Below, piece after piece: positions 41,098-54,635 of a DNA stretch of 64,000 nucleotides. The position numbers and the translations under genes were made by a program. Under the pieces are notes generated by a model, which saw only the letters and a list, made by a program, of their open reading frames with translations, was not told the origin of the DNA and did not search any database. Each line of letters opens with the position of its first letter. The stretch's first letter is position 1. Source of the DNA: Octopus vulgaris (taxonomy: Eukaryota). The stretch covers positions 107,322,001-107,386,000 of the forward strand of contig OX597817.1 in the NCBI GenBank assembly GCA_951406725.2. The letters run 5' to 3'.

Positions 41098-41110
41098 CTA
41101 TAAATATAAT

Positions 41111-41243
41111 ATGTGACAATTATTCGGTAGCCATGATAAAACTCCGAGTTTTATCATGGCTACCGAATAATTATCACATTATATTTACAGATAAATTCCT
41201 CTATTTACATAATACTTTTGTTGTCTTACCATTTCTCTCAATA

Positions 41244-41245
<2 letters not shown>
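41111..41245. repeat. Fold-back derivative of the PLE-like repeat at 565-735
   Basis: 34-bp arms 41111-41144 and 41146-41179 (one mismatch) centred on C41145; the right arm continues as the 620-735 sequence. Confidence 0.85.
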
Positions 41246-41275
<30 letters not shown>

Positions 41276-44200
41276 ATGGATGTATATAGTCTGTTTGTAT
41301 GTGTTTGTGTGTACGCGCGCTCGCATACAAGTCCCTGTGAGCACTAGAAAATTAATTCTAACGTCAATTTCTCAATCCTCTCTCCTGTGGTTAAATTTCT
41401 AAGACAATGAATACTATTTCAGTTTCTTTTATACAAAATATATTCAGATAATGAAACAATGATGGTTACTCTATCTGGTTGTTCGACTCACAAGAAATAG
41501 CAACCAAATCTTACTCAAAGTATACTCCATTATCTTAAAATATACAACATTGAATAGCACAGTATGATAATCAACTGTTTGGGAAGACGGTGATGGTCAC
41601 AGTTAGATATCATTTGATCTTAGGTTTGCTTGATCAGGTTGTGTTAGGTGAAAATAACAAAATCAACGAGGGCGACAATAACAGTAACAACAGCAACAAA
41701 AGACAATACCAGCAGCATTTCTTGATAATTAATTGGTGAAGCTTTATACAAGTGACAGCTTCGATGACAACCTGCATCGTAGATCTGGAAATGATTTTCA
41801 TTGAATCTTACAAATAACTCCTAATGAATTGAACTGCTGCATTGTCAGATAGGCTGTTGATATATACTCTGAACGCCATTGTATTTAAACTAATCTCCGG
41901 GGAAATGTAGATTGCTGTTGAATCTATTTCAACTTCACATGACGATTAAAAAAACAATACTATACCAATATTATTGTTTCACACTGTTTTATTAATCTAA
42001 AACTTTACAAAATTCCAATGCTACAGGGGATATTGTAATTAGGCTTCTCCTCGTCTTAAACTGTTATTTATTACTGTTGACAGAAAGGAAACAAGCCGCT
42101 GCAAAGAATTATGTCCCTAGTTCCTTTGTGAATGCCTAAGATCAGGAAACTCTTTTCAATAAAATTGCGGAAAGTACTTAAAAATTCCGGAACGAATATA
42201 AATATGCCATAAAACTTTTTAATATTTCCCCATTTCGTATTTGGTTCTGATAATGGTGGCATATTAATTACTGTTAAAGGTCAATAATATATGCCAGTAA
42301 ATAGAACATACTGACTTAAAATATAAGCTTTTATCAGGAAATAACATAAGTGTGATTTAGTATCGAGGGGAAGAATAATTAATTCTGACGGAATGTTTGA
42401 CTTCTGGACAAAGAATTGCATGTGTTTTATATATTTAATTGGTAAGTCATTTTCTGTGCCTAATCATTTATTCATTAAACACCTCATGATCTTCTGATCA
42501 ATAAAATGCCATTATCAATCAAACAGTTGATAACATTCTTTATCAAATTCTTAGAATTCCGTCTAAATGTTTAACTTTTATCAAGTATTATACTTAACAC
42601 TTCCTCTTTATTCTCCGTGAACCATTTCGCCCCACCACATTCCATCTTGCTTACTTTATTTGGTATATTCATTCATTTTAAAGACGATATGATAGAATTT
42701 GTAAAAGACTTGGATTCAGTTTTGGTAAACCGAGCGACCTCGAGGAGAAATTCTCGTCTAACTTCCTGCATCCGTTGTGGTCATTAACAGAATCCGAAAA
42801 CGTACAGAAAAAAAAAACTGACTGTGGAGGATGTGCAACATATCCAGATTGTCAAACTGCATCCTATGCGCTTCATCATTGCATGTCACTATGCAGTATG
42901 GTTCTCAGTTGAGTGGAGGTATTGTACAACTAGAAAAAAATAAAACAAAACAAACAATGATCATTGGGTATGCGGTCCAGTCGTTCCACCGACTGAGTAT
43001 TCAGGATGCTCTATCAAAGCTACACAACAGCAATATCTTCGTATTTAATATTTTCTTAAAATCCTGAGAAGAATTGATTTTGTTCAATTTATTAAAATAA
43101 GAAATATATTACTGAAGACCCATTTACAAGGTGAACGAAAATCGTGATACACGTATTTTATAAAATATATCTGATTGTTCTGAACATGCTTCCACTTTAG
43201 CTATATTTAGCAGTTTGTTCAAACACGTAAACACTGATCGCTTATGATATAGAGCAGCCAAAATTAGATGCTATTATTTTGCATCTGCATTCTTCTCATT
43301 CATTTAAGCAACCCTACCGAAGATATAGACGTTTTATTTTGACATGAAATTACGAAAATTGGCTTTATCAGAGAAATATGTTGCAATACAGAATGAGGTG
43401 AATAGGAAACTCTTTTGCAACAAATAGCTTCCGGTGAAAAGCTTGTCTTAAGTTAATAGCACAGAAGCACAGTTATAAATTTACACATGTTGTGAGTGAA
43501 TATACAAAATGTTCACGTAAGTGAGAGAAAAAAATGTTAATCTAATGTCACAGTTTAGTTTAACCTTCCTTTTTAGGGAGTCGATTGTGAAGAGAGTGTC
43601 TACGATATACTAGTTAATCTATTAAATTAAAGATATCTAGTCTTACAAACTATCATCTATAGAGAAGGGGCGACAAGAATACACGAGGTTTTATAGATTC
43701 AATCAATCCAAATGATATAACTAGTTAATTTTTAAATAAGTCATCAAGAGGAGTGTAGAACATTGTACAGCAGAAGCAATTCATAGGCTGCTGGAATTCT
43801 CAGTTATTACAACTTCAATTTCCCTAATGCTTCTAATACTCCATACAAAAGAAAAATGCTGCATAGTCTTGCTCCTTATACGCACAATATATTTGAGGAT
43901 TTGTGCCAATGCTAAATAAATTATTAGGAAAGGTATACCCAGGCGTATCATTAACAGTAGGAAATAAGGGTTTATATTTTGGTTAAACATTCGAATATTA
44001 ATAGGATATTTTATAAGATTCTTATAAAATTACTGCATTAATAAAAAAAATGCTGCAGTGTTGTTGTTTAATCCTAAATCAAGTCTGCGATTGAAGAGAA
44101 CTGTAATTATGATTATTTGTTCTGGTTGTGCCCATTTGGTTTACTTATCAGTAAGAGACTTCATTGTCCAATATTCCCATTTTTTAAGATTGTAGGAGTG

Positions 44201-46599
44201 TGGTTTTAGGTTGTTATTATTATTGTCCAACTCCAGGCTAATACTAACAAAGTAGGTTCATGATCAAAGACATTCCACCATGATCACTTCTCCCCTTCTT
44301 TCTAGTATTAACACCTTAGCACCACATAATCTAACGTGACAATTTCATTTCAAGACGAGTATAATTTGAAGGAAATTTGGCGGTTATGTTTAGTAGACCG
44401 AGCGGCCGAGTAGTTGCTCCATTTCTTAGAACATCTTTGAACCTTAGATCTGACCAATGACGGCTAACTTTGGGCTTAACAATAAATTACTGATTTATTT
44501 AGTACCAGTATTTTCTAAAGAAAAAAAATTGCCGCTAAATTTGTCATTGAAATGACATAAGAGAGCGGCAACGACTTACAATTCATTATGATTTTAACGT
44601 CTTTCATGACAGTTTGATTACAGCAGCAGTACTAAAATAGATTCAATGGCCGACTCAGCCATCGTTGTTCGACCAGTAAAATGGTCCCATCAGAAAACAA
44701 AGCCTAGATACTAAACCAAATGTATACATTAAATAATTATATTCCGTATAAACTACATGAACATTTATTGAAGTAGTATTTAAAAAAAATTTATCAGGCG
44801 CTTACATATTTATTTACAAGTCGATATAATTTTATTATTACATACATACAGACGCACACACACACACACATATATGTCAATATGTCTTTGTCTTCAAGTA
44901 CATGTATGTATGTATGTATGTATGTATGTATGTATGTATGTATGTATGTATGTATGTATGTATGTATGTCCTGGACATAATTTTAAACTGCGTCAAATAG
45001 TGGGGCTCGGGTAAGGGAATTCCAGGTTTTGAGGAGTGGGGAACCATCTCTTAGCCTTCATTGTTCATAGATTTACTCTGTCCCAGAATAGTAGCACCTG
45101 CCAGGATTCCAAGTATTTGTGTAACTAGCATGTAAATAAAAACCATTTCGAGTGAAGGACCCCTAGCCGTTGCCACAGCGTCTCACGTGAAGATTTAGCG
45201 GTTATATTTAGCCGACCGAGACCGAGTAGATGCTCCATGTCTCAATTTATCGGAGCAACTTTGGACCTTAGGCCTGTCCCATCGCGGCTAACCTTGGGTT
45301 AAACAATAGCTTACTGATTTCTTTAGTACCACAGCGCCCCACAAGGAGAGGGTCACTATCATATAAAACCTGCAACTTCACGTGATTACTGGTCATATCA
45401 CTTCGATTTGTTACTAGTTATTGATCACGGAGACTTGGAGGGTGGTACTCATGTTGTACAAGCATTTATCATTATATATCCACTGACGTACAGATGTATT
45501 TTCATGGATGACTTCATTTGTCATTTGTCATTCCATCTACAAACCTAGCAAGCTAGAAACGCTCAGTTACAGAGCAGCATGACTGACAAGTCATTTGAAA
45601 GATCATGGACAAAAAGTCACAAATGCCATTGACAACCAAGAAGCACAAGGAGATGCCTTCACCACATATGTTTATTTTCCTTCACCCAACGTGGATGTTT
45701 AAGATAAGGAAATCTCTGACATAATAGCTGTGACTTCGTATGCAACCAATGACATAGACCAGTTCTTTTCGATCAAAAACATACGTTGTTTAGAGAGTAG
45801 GGGTGACCCAGTTTCAGGCACAGTTATCGCTTGATTCATAACATCCCTATTAACATTTAGATTTTGTGTTGCATACTATGGCTGGTCGCAGCCGAAAAAA
45901 GGAAAAACACTTGGTGAAAGCTTCCGTGATTGAATGAAGGCATATATCAACGTGGGTGATAAGCTCTCTTAACTGTAAAAGGTGCTCATCGTTTCCACAT
46001 CTGTACATAATAAAGAAAGTCCCTAACAAGACTGAAATGCCACATACCTGTTGCTCATGTTTAAGAGAACAATCAAGCGATAGCATTCTGCCTGTCTGTA
46101 TGTATGTATTCATGTGTCATATATATAGATATATATGTCTATATATATATTTGTGTGCATGTATATGTCTATATATGTATGTATATATATGTGTATGTGT
46201 GTGTACATATGTATGCATGCATGCATGTATGTATGTATGTATGTATGTATGTATGTATGTATGTATGTATGTATGTATGTATGTATGTATGTATGTATGT
46301 ATGTATGTATGTATGTATCTATGTATGTAAGTATGTATGTATGAGTAAGTTACTGGAATTCTTGCTTTATCGTAGAGTCTGTTAGCCTTATTCAAATTCT
46401 GTTTTCATAGCCATGTCAGTGGATTTAGTTATATATATTTGTGTGTGTGTGTGTGGGGGGGGTGTTTGTTCCCACCCCCACCATCACTTAGAAACCGATG
46501 TTGGTGCCTTTACGTCCCCGTAACTTAGCGGTTCGGCAGAAGATATGATTCGCTCCCACTTATGAATATGTACGGAAATGTACATCTATGTACCTCCAG

Positions 46600-46955
46600 C
46601 GTTCGGTACCTTACCTCGTCTGGCCTAACGGCTCTCCATGTTTGTTTTTGTTTAGTTTGTTGTAAGTTTCCACTGTCCTGTTTTTGTTACCAACTTTGAC
46701 CCTCCGCAAATGCCAAATTTTATTTGGGTTCGTGAGAGCAACTGTTTTTCGAAGTCTCATAATGTCGTGAATTGCTCGAAATGTGGAGTAGATGAACAGC
46801 CGACAACTGATGAAGGGTCATTCTTTATATTACTTGTCTTGCTTTCCATTTGTTTCCCTCGTTGTTGCCATACCTAAGTTTGCTTTCGTATTTCGTAATT
46901 CATATTGTTTTCGTTATTCATGTTGTTTACGTTTTGTGACGTCCTGTAAACATAT
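46600..46955 (+). mobile_element. Unclassified (TA)n-associated repeat, PLE-terminus-like
   Basis: T-rich tail ending in (TA)n; contains CGAAA and CTGATGAAG motifs but I could not establish a full fold. Confidence 0.3.
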
Positions 46956-47062
46956 ATGCATATATATATATGTATATATATATGTAAGTATATACATATA
47001 TATGTATATATGCATATATATATATTATACATTTTATTTATATTATATATATATATATATAT

Positions 47063-47210
47063 ACGATGGGCTTCTTTCAGTTTCCGTCTACCAAATGCAC
47101 TCACAAGGCTTTGGTCGGCCTGAGGTTATAGTAGAAGACATTTGCTCAAGGTGCCACGCAGGGGGACTGAACCTGGAATCATGTGGTTGGGAAGCAAGGT
47201 TCTTAGCACA
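47063..47210 (-). mobile_element. Family A SINE
   Basis: GGGCTTCTTTCAGTTTCCGTCTACCAAA..GGGACTGAACC..CATGTGGTTGGGAAGCAAG. Confidence 0.85.
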
Positions 47211-47212
47211 TC

Positions 47213-47243
<31 letters not shown>

Positions 47244-48694
47244 GTACGTGTGTATACTCACCGACACGCGCGCGCGCGCACACACACACGTACACACGCA
47301 CACATAAACACATATATGTATATGCACACATTTGAGCACACAGATGTTAAAGGAAGTGGAAAAATAATACTCGAATATTAAAGGTAGAGTAAAATTGTGC
47401 TTAATCGAAACTGAAAAGTATTCACCAGCTAGTGTGGGAGAAACATGAGAAGAAAGAGAGAGATATAGCGACACACGTACAGATTCAGACGATAGATATA
47501 GAGAATGCTGTGAAATTGAATATATACATATGAAGTTATTGCTGCTTTGTTTGCCCCAGGCCAAGGCTGAAACCAGCTGTGATTATTCCATCATTTTTCA
47601 GGCACAATGTAAAGCATGATTTAGAGATTTCGTCGGTATTTCTAACAGGTCCAGTGAGAGACCTCTTTGTTGGCTCGAAGCCATACTTATTTTTCCTTTA
47701 GCGAACTCAGTGAACAACTAGATATGATTCGCTCCTTCTTGTAAATAAGTACGGAAATGTACATCTATATACATCTTCGTATGTGTGTCAGTATCCGTAA
47801 AATGATAAGATCTCATACTTGCTTATTTAATTTATTTTTGTTCGTTGCCTTTGAAATCTGTTTTAAATGCTCAGAGAAAACAAAACTAGATTTATTGCTG
47901 CAGAAAGTCTATTTCAGTTTGTTAGATTCCACATTAAATCTTCGATTTCCGAATTAATCACATATTGAGAAAACATACTCCGACAAAGGATATATATTAA
48001 CATAATCTGTTTTCAGCAAAATTTTTGTTATAATGTTTGAATGTATTTATTGTTCAATATTTTTATTGATAAAATCACTGAAGTTATCTAAATGAAAAAT
48101 ACAAAATATGAAATGAAATAGAATATTTTATGGAATCTCATTTATTCAAATACTGTTTTTTATCGATAAAATCATTCTCTCTTATTTAAACAATCACAAC
48201 TGAAATAGATTTACACAGAAGTGGAGCAATTTTTACTATTTATTCTAATGCATTTAGTAAACATATTTTGCTGATGCCAGTAGGTATATATAACCAAATC
48301 GAAATAAGCTCGATACTATCGTTCGACCAGCTTACTACATTTTCTCAAAACCTATTCCCGCGTTCTTGAAAATAAAAGGAAGGACATTAGAACATATTAA
48401 CGAATGTATTCCTAGATATGCAAATTACAAATGGAATGGTCACAGCTGGAACGCATTTGATGACAGATCACCTGCGCCAGAAGCTAAACAACGACAACGA
48501 CGATATAACGAAGAATATCAACGAAATGCAAACGAGCTAACGAAGGAGCATCACCATGGTCACTCGACATGGTAAATATAGCAGCCAGATCTTCCTCAAA
48601 TTATACTCAGCTATCTTGATAAAAATGAAAAAGATATTGTCGATAAAATTATGAAAAAATACAACTGTTTTGAAAAGCATCGTTTACTTTATCC

Positions 48695-48726
<32 letters not shown>

Positions 48727-48889
48727 TGTATGTATGTATGTATGTATGTATGTATGTATGTATGTATGTATGTATGTATGTATGTATGTATGTATTCTCA
48801 TGCTTATAATTACATATCTAGACCATACTCATGTATGTGTGGTATGTGTGTGAGTGTGTATATATACATAAATATAAATATAAATATAA

Positions 48890-48930
<41 letters not shown>

Positions 48931-48933
<3 letters not shown>

Positions 48934-50541
48934 TTGCAGCCAAAATGTTCAGAACGGCATTATTTTCGTCAGAAAAGTAGGTATAAGTTTTTATCAAAGT
49001 TGTTTTATATTCTATAATTTTCACAGACAATAAATACGATATTAATTATTATTGTCTGAGGTTTTGGTGTAATTTGAGAGGATAATACAAAAGTTATGGA
49101 TGATTTAGTGATTTACTGCAAAACCCATGGCGGCCAAAATGATCAGAACGGTTGAAAAAAATAACAAAATAATAAAAAATTACAGAGAATACTGGAATTA
49201 TTTAATATTTAGTGTGAAGCCCTTTAGCTTCAATCACTCTTTGACATCTTCGACTGCATGAGGAAATTAACTTTTCAATTTCTTGCTGGGTGATCTTATT
49301 CCATTCTTCCTGAAGGGCATTCCATAATTGCTCGGTTGTTTTAGGATTTCTGGCTTTCGAACGTTCTCCTAGAATATTCCACACATTTTCAATCGGATTA
49401 AGATCTGGGCTTTGAGCACGCCAATCCATAACAATAATCTTTTCAGCCTTGAGAAAGTTCATGACCACCTTAGCCTTGTGACATGGGGCATGGTCCTGCA
49501 TGAATATGGGTGATCGCTTAGTTGAATTTCTCAGCACAGGCAAGACATGATCTTTTACAAGTTGTTTATAAACTCCTGCATTTACCTTTCCATGTAATCG
49601 CACCAAAGGGCCCACACCATCTCCAGGTATCATCCCCCAAACCATGACACTTCCTCCACCGAATTTAACACTAGTCTTAAGGCATTTAGGCGACAATTTT
49701 TCACCTACTTTTCGACAAACGTACCTTTTCCCATCTGAGCCAAATAACATAAACTTAGATTCATCACTGAAATGCACCGTTTGCCATTTTTCTTGAGACC
49801 ACAACACATGTTCGGTTGCAAAGGTAAGACGACACTTTTTATTCTTGGAGCTGATCAGTGGCTTCACTGCAGGTGCTCTTGCTAGTAGGTCATGTTCAAC
49901 TAAACGACGAGACACAGTTTTTCGAAATAAAGTTTTCTTCAGTACAATGCTCATTTTCCGAGAAACAGCAGCAGCAGTTTTAAATCTGTCCTTTTTAACC
50001 AACTTTACCATAGCACGATCTTCTCTCTTGGTCGTTTTTCTTGGCCTACCTGTAGACTTTCTTGCTTCACACGAACCACAATCATCGTAGACCTTAAGAA
50101 TACCGTGAACAACATTTTTTGACTTGTTAACAATCTTTGCAATAGACCCAATACTTAAATTATCCTTCTTTCGAAGCTTAATAATCAGCTGACGAATTGG
50201 TAACGGAGTAAGTGGCATTATATTAACAAAGTACACTGCAGATATTCTTACTAATGTTTCGTAAACGAACCGTCAAGTAAACAAATTCAAAACATTAGAG
50301 TTCACCGGTTAAATATACTAAAACACGGAGTAAAAGCAACCGTTCTGATCATTTGGGCCGCCATGGATTTTGCAGTAAATCACTAAATCATCCATAACTT
50401 TTGTATTATCCTCTCAAATTACACCAAAATCTCTGACAATAACAATTAATACCGTATTTATTAAAAATAAAACAACTTTGATAGAAACTTATACCTACTT
50501 TTCTGACGAAAACAATGCCGTTCTGAACATTTTGGCCGCAA

Positions 50542-50544
<3 letters not shown>
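48931..50544 (-). mobile_element. Full-length Tc1 transposon (IR/DR type), 1614 bp
   Basis: TIRs 48931-49154 and 50337-50544 begin CAGTTG, each with outer and inner direct repeats GC(A/G)GCC(A/C)AAATG(T/A)TCAGAACGG. Inserted in (TA)n. Confidence 0.95.
49202..50218 (-). CDS. Tc1-family DD34E transposase, intact frame (338 aa from ATG at 50218)
   Basis: Paired-like HTH, GRPRKTT, FSDESKF, GGGSVMVWG, QDHAPCH and SPDLNPIENVW, with 34 residues between the second D and E. Confidence 0.95.
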   Translation of the reverse strand: MPLTPLPIRQLIIKLRKKDNLSIGSIAKIVNKSKNVVHGILKVYDDCGSCEARKSTGRPRKTTKREDRAMVKLVKKDRFKTAAAVSRKMSIVLKKTLFRKTVSRRLVEHDLLARAPAVKPLISSKNKKCRLTFATEHVLWSQEKWQTVHFSDESKFMLFGSDGKRYVCRKVGEKLSPKCLKTSVKFGGGSVMVWGMIPGDGVGPLVRLHGKVNAGVYKQLVKDHVLPVLRNSTKRSPIFMQDHAPCHKAKVVMNFLKAEKIIVMDWRAQSPDLNPIENVWNILGERSKARNPKTTEQLWNALQEEWNKITQQEIEKLISSCSRRCQRVIEAKGLHTKY

Positions 50545-50626
<82 letters not shown>

Positions 50627-50627
50627 T

Positions 50628-51062
50628 AAGTGAATATAAAAAAACATAAACTGGGACAAGAACGCAAAACATTTAGAAGACGATACAAAAAAAAACGAAT
50701 GGGACATTCGTAGCCTTCGATCTTCAGTCAAGAACCGGATCATCTTCGCAATTTCGGCTGATTAATCTTGAGATTGCTCCGACCTGGCCAGCCCCAAAGG
50801 AAAATCTAAGCCAAGCGCATTAGATTCCTTGGAAGAAAGCCTCGAATGTATACAAAACAAGGACGGGAACAAATAAGAATTCAAAAATACGTAAAATTAA
50901 TAATGATAACACGAATAAGAATACGAAAATACGTAAAAACAATAACGATAATAATAATAACAAAAACAGGACGTTACAGACAGGCGTCTTTTCGACAGGA
51001 CGGGTGAACTTGAGCTGGCGCATTGAAAAAATGCCTGAAGGCGAAGAGAGAGAGAAAAAAAA
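50628..51062 (-). mobile_element. Unclassified repeat bounded by (TA)n
   Basis: Modules of A-rich GACAAGAAC/ACAAAAC with GC-richer spacers, flanked by (TA)n. Class not determined. Confidence 0.3.
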
Positions 51063-51095
51063 AATATATGTATGTATATATATATATATATACAT

Positions 51096-51132
<37 letters not shown>

Positions 51133-51365
51133 GGCGTGGCTGTGTGGTGGTAAGAAGATTGCTTCCCAACCACATGGTTCCGGGTTCAGTTCCACTGCGT
51201 GGTACCTAGGGCAAGTGTCTTCTACTACAGCCTCGGGCCGACCAAAGCCTTGTGAGTGGTTTTGGAAGACGGAAACTGAAAAAATCCAGCCGATTCGTTC
51301 GTTTAACATTCTTGAAGGTGGTACCCCAGCATGGCTGCTGTCTTATAACTAAAGCAAGAAAAAAA
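51133..51365 (+). mobile_element. Family A SINE
   Basis: GGCGTGGCTGTGTGGTGGTAAGAAGATTGCTTCCCAACCACATGGTTCCGGGTTCAG. Confidence 0.9.
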
Positions 51366-51839
51366 TGATATATCGTTTTAGATATTAGACAACGGGCATT
51401 CTCGGGTACCACCTTCAAGAATGATGATATAATAATTCTTCGTATAGTAAACCTTTATGCGCACGGTGAACAACACAAATAAAAACGATGGTTTACGTAC
51501 TCATCCTTAATACGTTCGGTAGATTCAAATATGAATATGAATATGCGAATCGCTGTTTTATTTCGTCATCGGAGAAGAATTTCTTTCAGACGTATGTGTG
51601 TTCACAACACACCCGATTCACTAGCACAAGGTGATTTTGGAAATCCAGGCTCGGCAACGCCTAAACACACATTCGTCTCAAAGGAGGAATATGCTAGCGA
51701 TCAGTTTTCACTTTCAAATTTCGAATTTGCCGGAATATATCAAGAGTGAATATGTAATTCTTTGTGTGTGCCTATATGTGTGTGTGTATGATTGTGCGTG
51801 TATGCATACGATATATACGTACATATATATACACATACA

Positions 51840-52064
51840 TGAGCTGGCAGAACCGTTAGCACGCCGGGCGAAATGCGTAGCTGTATTTCGTCTACCGTTA
51901 CGTTCCGAGTTCAAATTCCGTCGAGGTCGACTTTGCCTTTCATCCTTTCGGGGTCGATAAATTAAGTACCAGTTACGCACTGGGGTCGATATAATCGACT
52001 TAAATTCGTTTGTCTGTCCTTGTTTGTCCCCTCTATGTTTAGCCCCTTGTGGGTTGTTAAGAAA
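51840..52064 (+). mobile_element. Family B SINE
   Basis: GAGCTGGCAGAACCGTTAGC..GAGTTCAAATTCC..GTCGACTTTGCCTTTCATCC. Confidence 0.9.
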
Positions 52065-52194
52065 CATATATACACATACATGTATACATATGCATGTATG
52101 AATAGATGGATGGATGGTTGAATGGATGGATGAATCCATAGATGCAAATAGGCATTGCCCATACAGTTCTATTCAACCGTTTCTGATGATGATA

Positions 52195-52547
52195 TTCTTT
52201 TATCCTTTTATTTGTTTGTCATTTGACTGCGGCCTTTAGTCGAACAAATCGACTCCAGGACTTATTCTTTGTAAGCTTAGTACTTATTCTATCGGTCTCT
52301 TTTGCCGAACCGCTAAGTTACGTGGACGTAAACACACCAGCATCGGTTGTCAAGCGATGGTAGGGGAACAAACATATACTTATATATACGACAGACTTCT
52401 TTCAGTTTCCGTCAATCAAAACCACTCACAAGGCTTTGGTCGGCCAGAGGCTATAGCAGAAGACACTTGCCCAAGGTGCCACGCAGTGGGACTGAACCCG
52501 GAACCATGTGGTTGATAAGCAAGCTGCTTACCACACAGCCACTCCTG
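52195..52547 (-). mobile_element. Family A SINE with tail
   Basis: CAGGAGTGGCTGTGTGGTAAG head on the minus strand. Confidence 0.9.
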
Positions 52548-52551
52548 TATG

Positions 52552-52619
<68 letters not shown>

Positions 52620-52764
52620 CATTTAGATTCAGATGAATATGGTACTTAAGTTAAAGGCACCAGAATTTGGTATGGTATTATCCATATAAATCAAATGGGG
52701 TGATTATAATCAAAATAACCAACAAGGATATCCAAAGGTAGTGTAGTACAATCGTTTCATGCTA

Positions 52765-53032
52765 CTATATGTGTATGTACGTACGTATGTATGTATGTAT
52801 GTATGTATATATGTATGTATGTGTGTATGTATGTATGTATGTATGTATGTATGTATGTATGTATGTATGTATGTATGTATGTATGTATGTATGTATGTAT
52901 GTACGTATGTATGTATGTATGTGTGCGTGTGTGTGTGTTTACGTATGTATGCATTCAAGCATGTATGTATGTATGTATGTATGTATGTATGTATGTATGT
53001 ATGTATGTATGCATGCATATATGTATGTATGT
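52765..53032. repeat. (TATG)n microsatellite (representative of many)
   Basis: Similar arrays near 30055, 35820, 40910, 44903, 46225, 48697, 54778, 56930, 58990 and 61395. Confidence 0.95.
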
Positions 53033-54592
53033 AATATGTCTTACAGATACATATTTAACGGAGAACGGGATCCTGGGAATCCAATTTTGTTAAACTCAAA
53101 CACCAAACTCAGTACTGGAAAAGAGAAGTTTACGTGTGATTACTTTTATTACAGATAGTGTCTGCCAGCTTTCAACCAGAGCAACAAAATGACATGAAAA
53201 TCAAGTCTTCAATGAAATATGGCTACAACTTCAATATGAAATTTCCGTTATTGTGGAATAAAGCCAACTACTTTCCGTTGCTAATCTAACGTCCTGACTA
53301 CTGAAGAAAGATTTTTTGCGCACTAACCCAAATTTTAACCAAGAAATGAGTGAAGTGCAGTTTGTAGATTTATGACTTCTTTTATTGAAGTTAGAGCTAA
53401 ATATTGCAAAGCTTGCTGCTGGACACCAGCAAAAGGGATTACATTAATAAACAATTCCTTTTATCTTGATTTATTGCTAGTTTAGTTTGCTTTTATAGTT
53501 ATTCTTATATGACTAAATATTAATAAACAGTATCTGCAAAAATATTTCAACTATATTAAATAATGTACATGTTATTAAAGTAAAATAATAAACCTGTTTG
53601 CTTTATTTTCAGTTTTATTACAACCATTACCGTTAGCTACTAAGTTTAAACGTTTGAGTGGGTGAGTCTTTTTGGTAAGTATACAAGTCTTTTTGGTAGA
53701 TGTTTAGTAACAAGCTACAAAACAATGACCTACCGTGTCCTTCCATTTCATAAGATAGAGTGGATTTGGAGGAAATATAGTGGCTATTTCTGTCTACTCG
53801 AACAATCGAGTTGAGGCTTCCTTAGTTGGCTCTTTTGAAGGCTTTGTCTGTTGACTATATGCAGGGAATGCAAGACTGTTTCCTTAGTATTTGCTAAGAT
53901 TATGTTTTGATGCTGCTGAAGGAAATGTGATTGATATGTTCCTTTTAGAGAATATTCTGAAGGTCTCTCATTAAGGATTTAGCATATGCCTAGCGTAAGC
54001 TGTTTAGCCGATTTTATGTGAATGATATGTTTGTACGAAATCAGAAGGATCGAGGTGTAGTACTCAGAGAAAGGAAGTGAAGAAAGACGGTGGGATTGAA
54101 AGTATGAAGGGGAATAAGGAGGTGCAGTAAGGTAATAAAGGATGTAGACTTAACTAGTGATAAAAAAAAAAGCTCTAACGCATACAAAAGGAAAAGAGCA
54201 ACACATGGTTGTATCTGAACAAGAAAGCTAGACATACAAATCTTTGTAATACACATGCGCATTCATGCAAAAGCGTTAACTCTCATCAAAAAAAATTTTT
54301 TTTTTGTATATAGAAAGAAAAAAAAACGGAAGGGAAGGCTTTGTCATGAAAAGAATAGTAACAGTTCAGCGTTCATAAGATTTCTGTGTGGTCGTTTGAT
54401 CTGATGAAAATAGTAACTAATCGCCTTGAAGTGTTATCTAAGAAAAGAAGTACTTATTGAATAATGTAATCATGGATGCATGGTGTTAAGGGACGGGGTT
54501 GGAAAGACGTGATGATCAGGGCTGGGACACTTATGTTCACAAGTATACTTGATCAGGAGCGATACTATTTGGGGGCTAGACAACAACCGCAA

Positions 54593-54635
<43 letters not shown>

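Noticed and set aside
45330-46090. Higher-complexity segment that might be a transposon relic or exon
   Set aside because: No motif or terminus I could identify.
53155-53670. Possible host exons (TTTTATTACAG acceptor at about 53154; TTTTCAG...GTGAGT at about 53612-53668)
   Set aside because: Splice-like signals only, with no recognisable peptide; RNA-seq would be needed.
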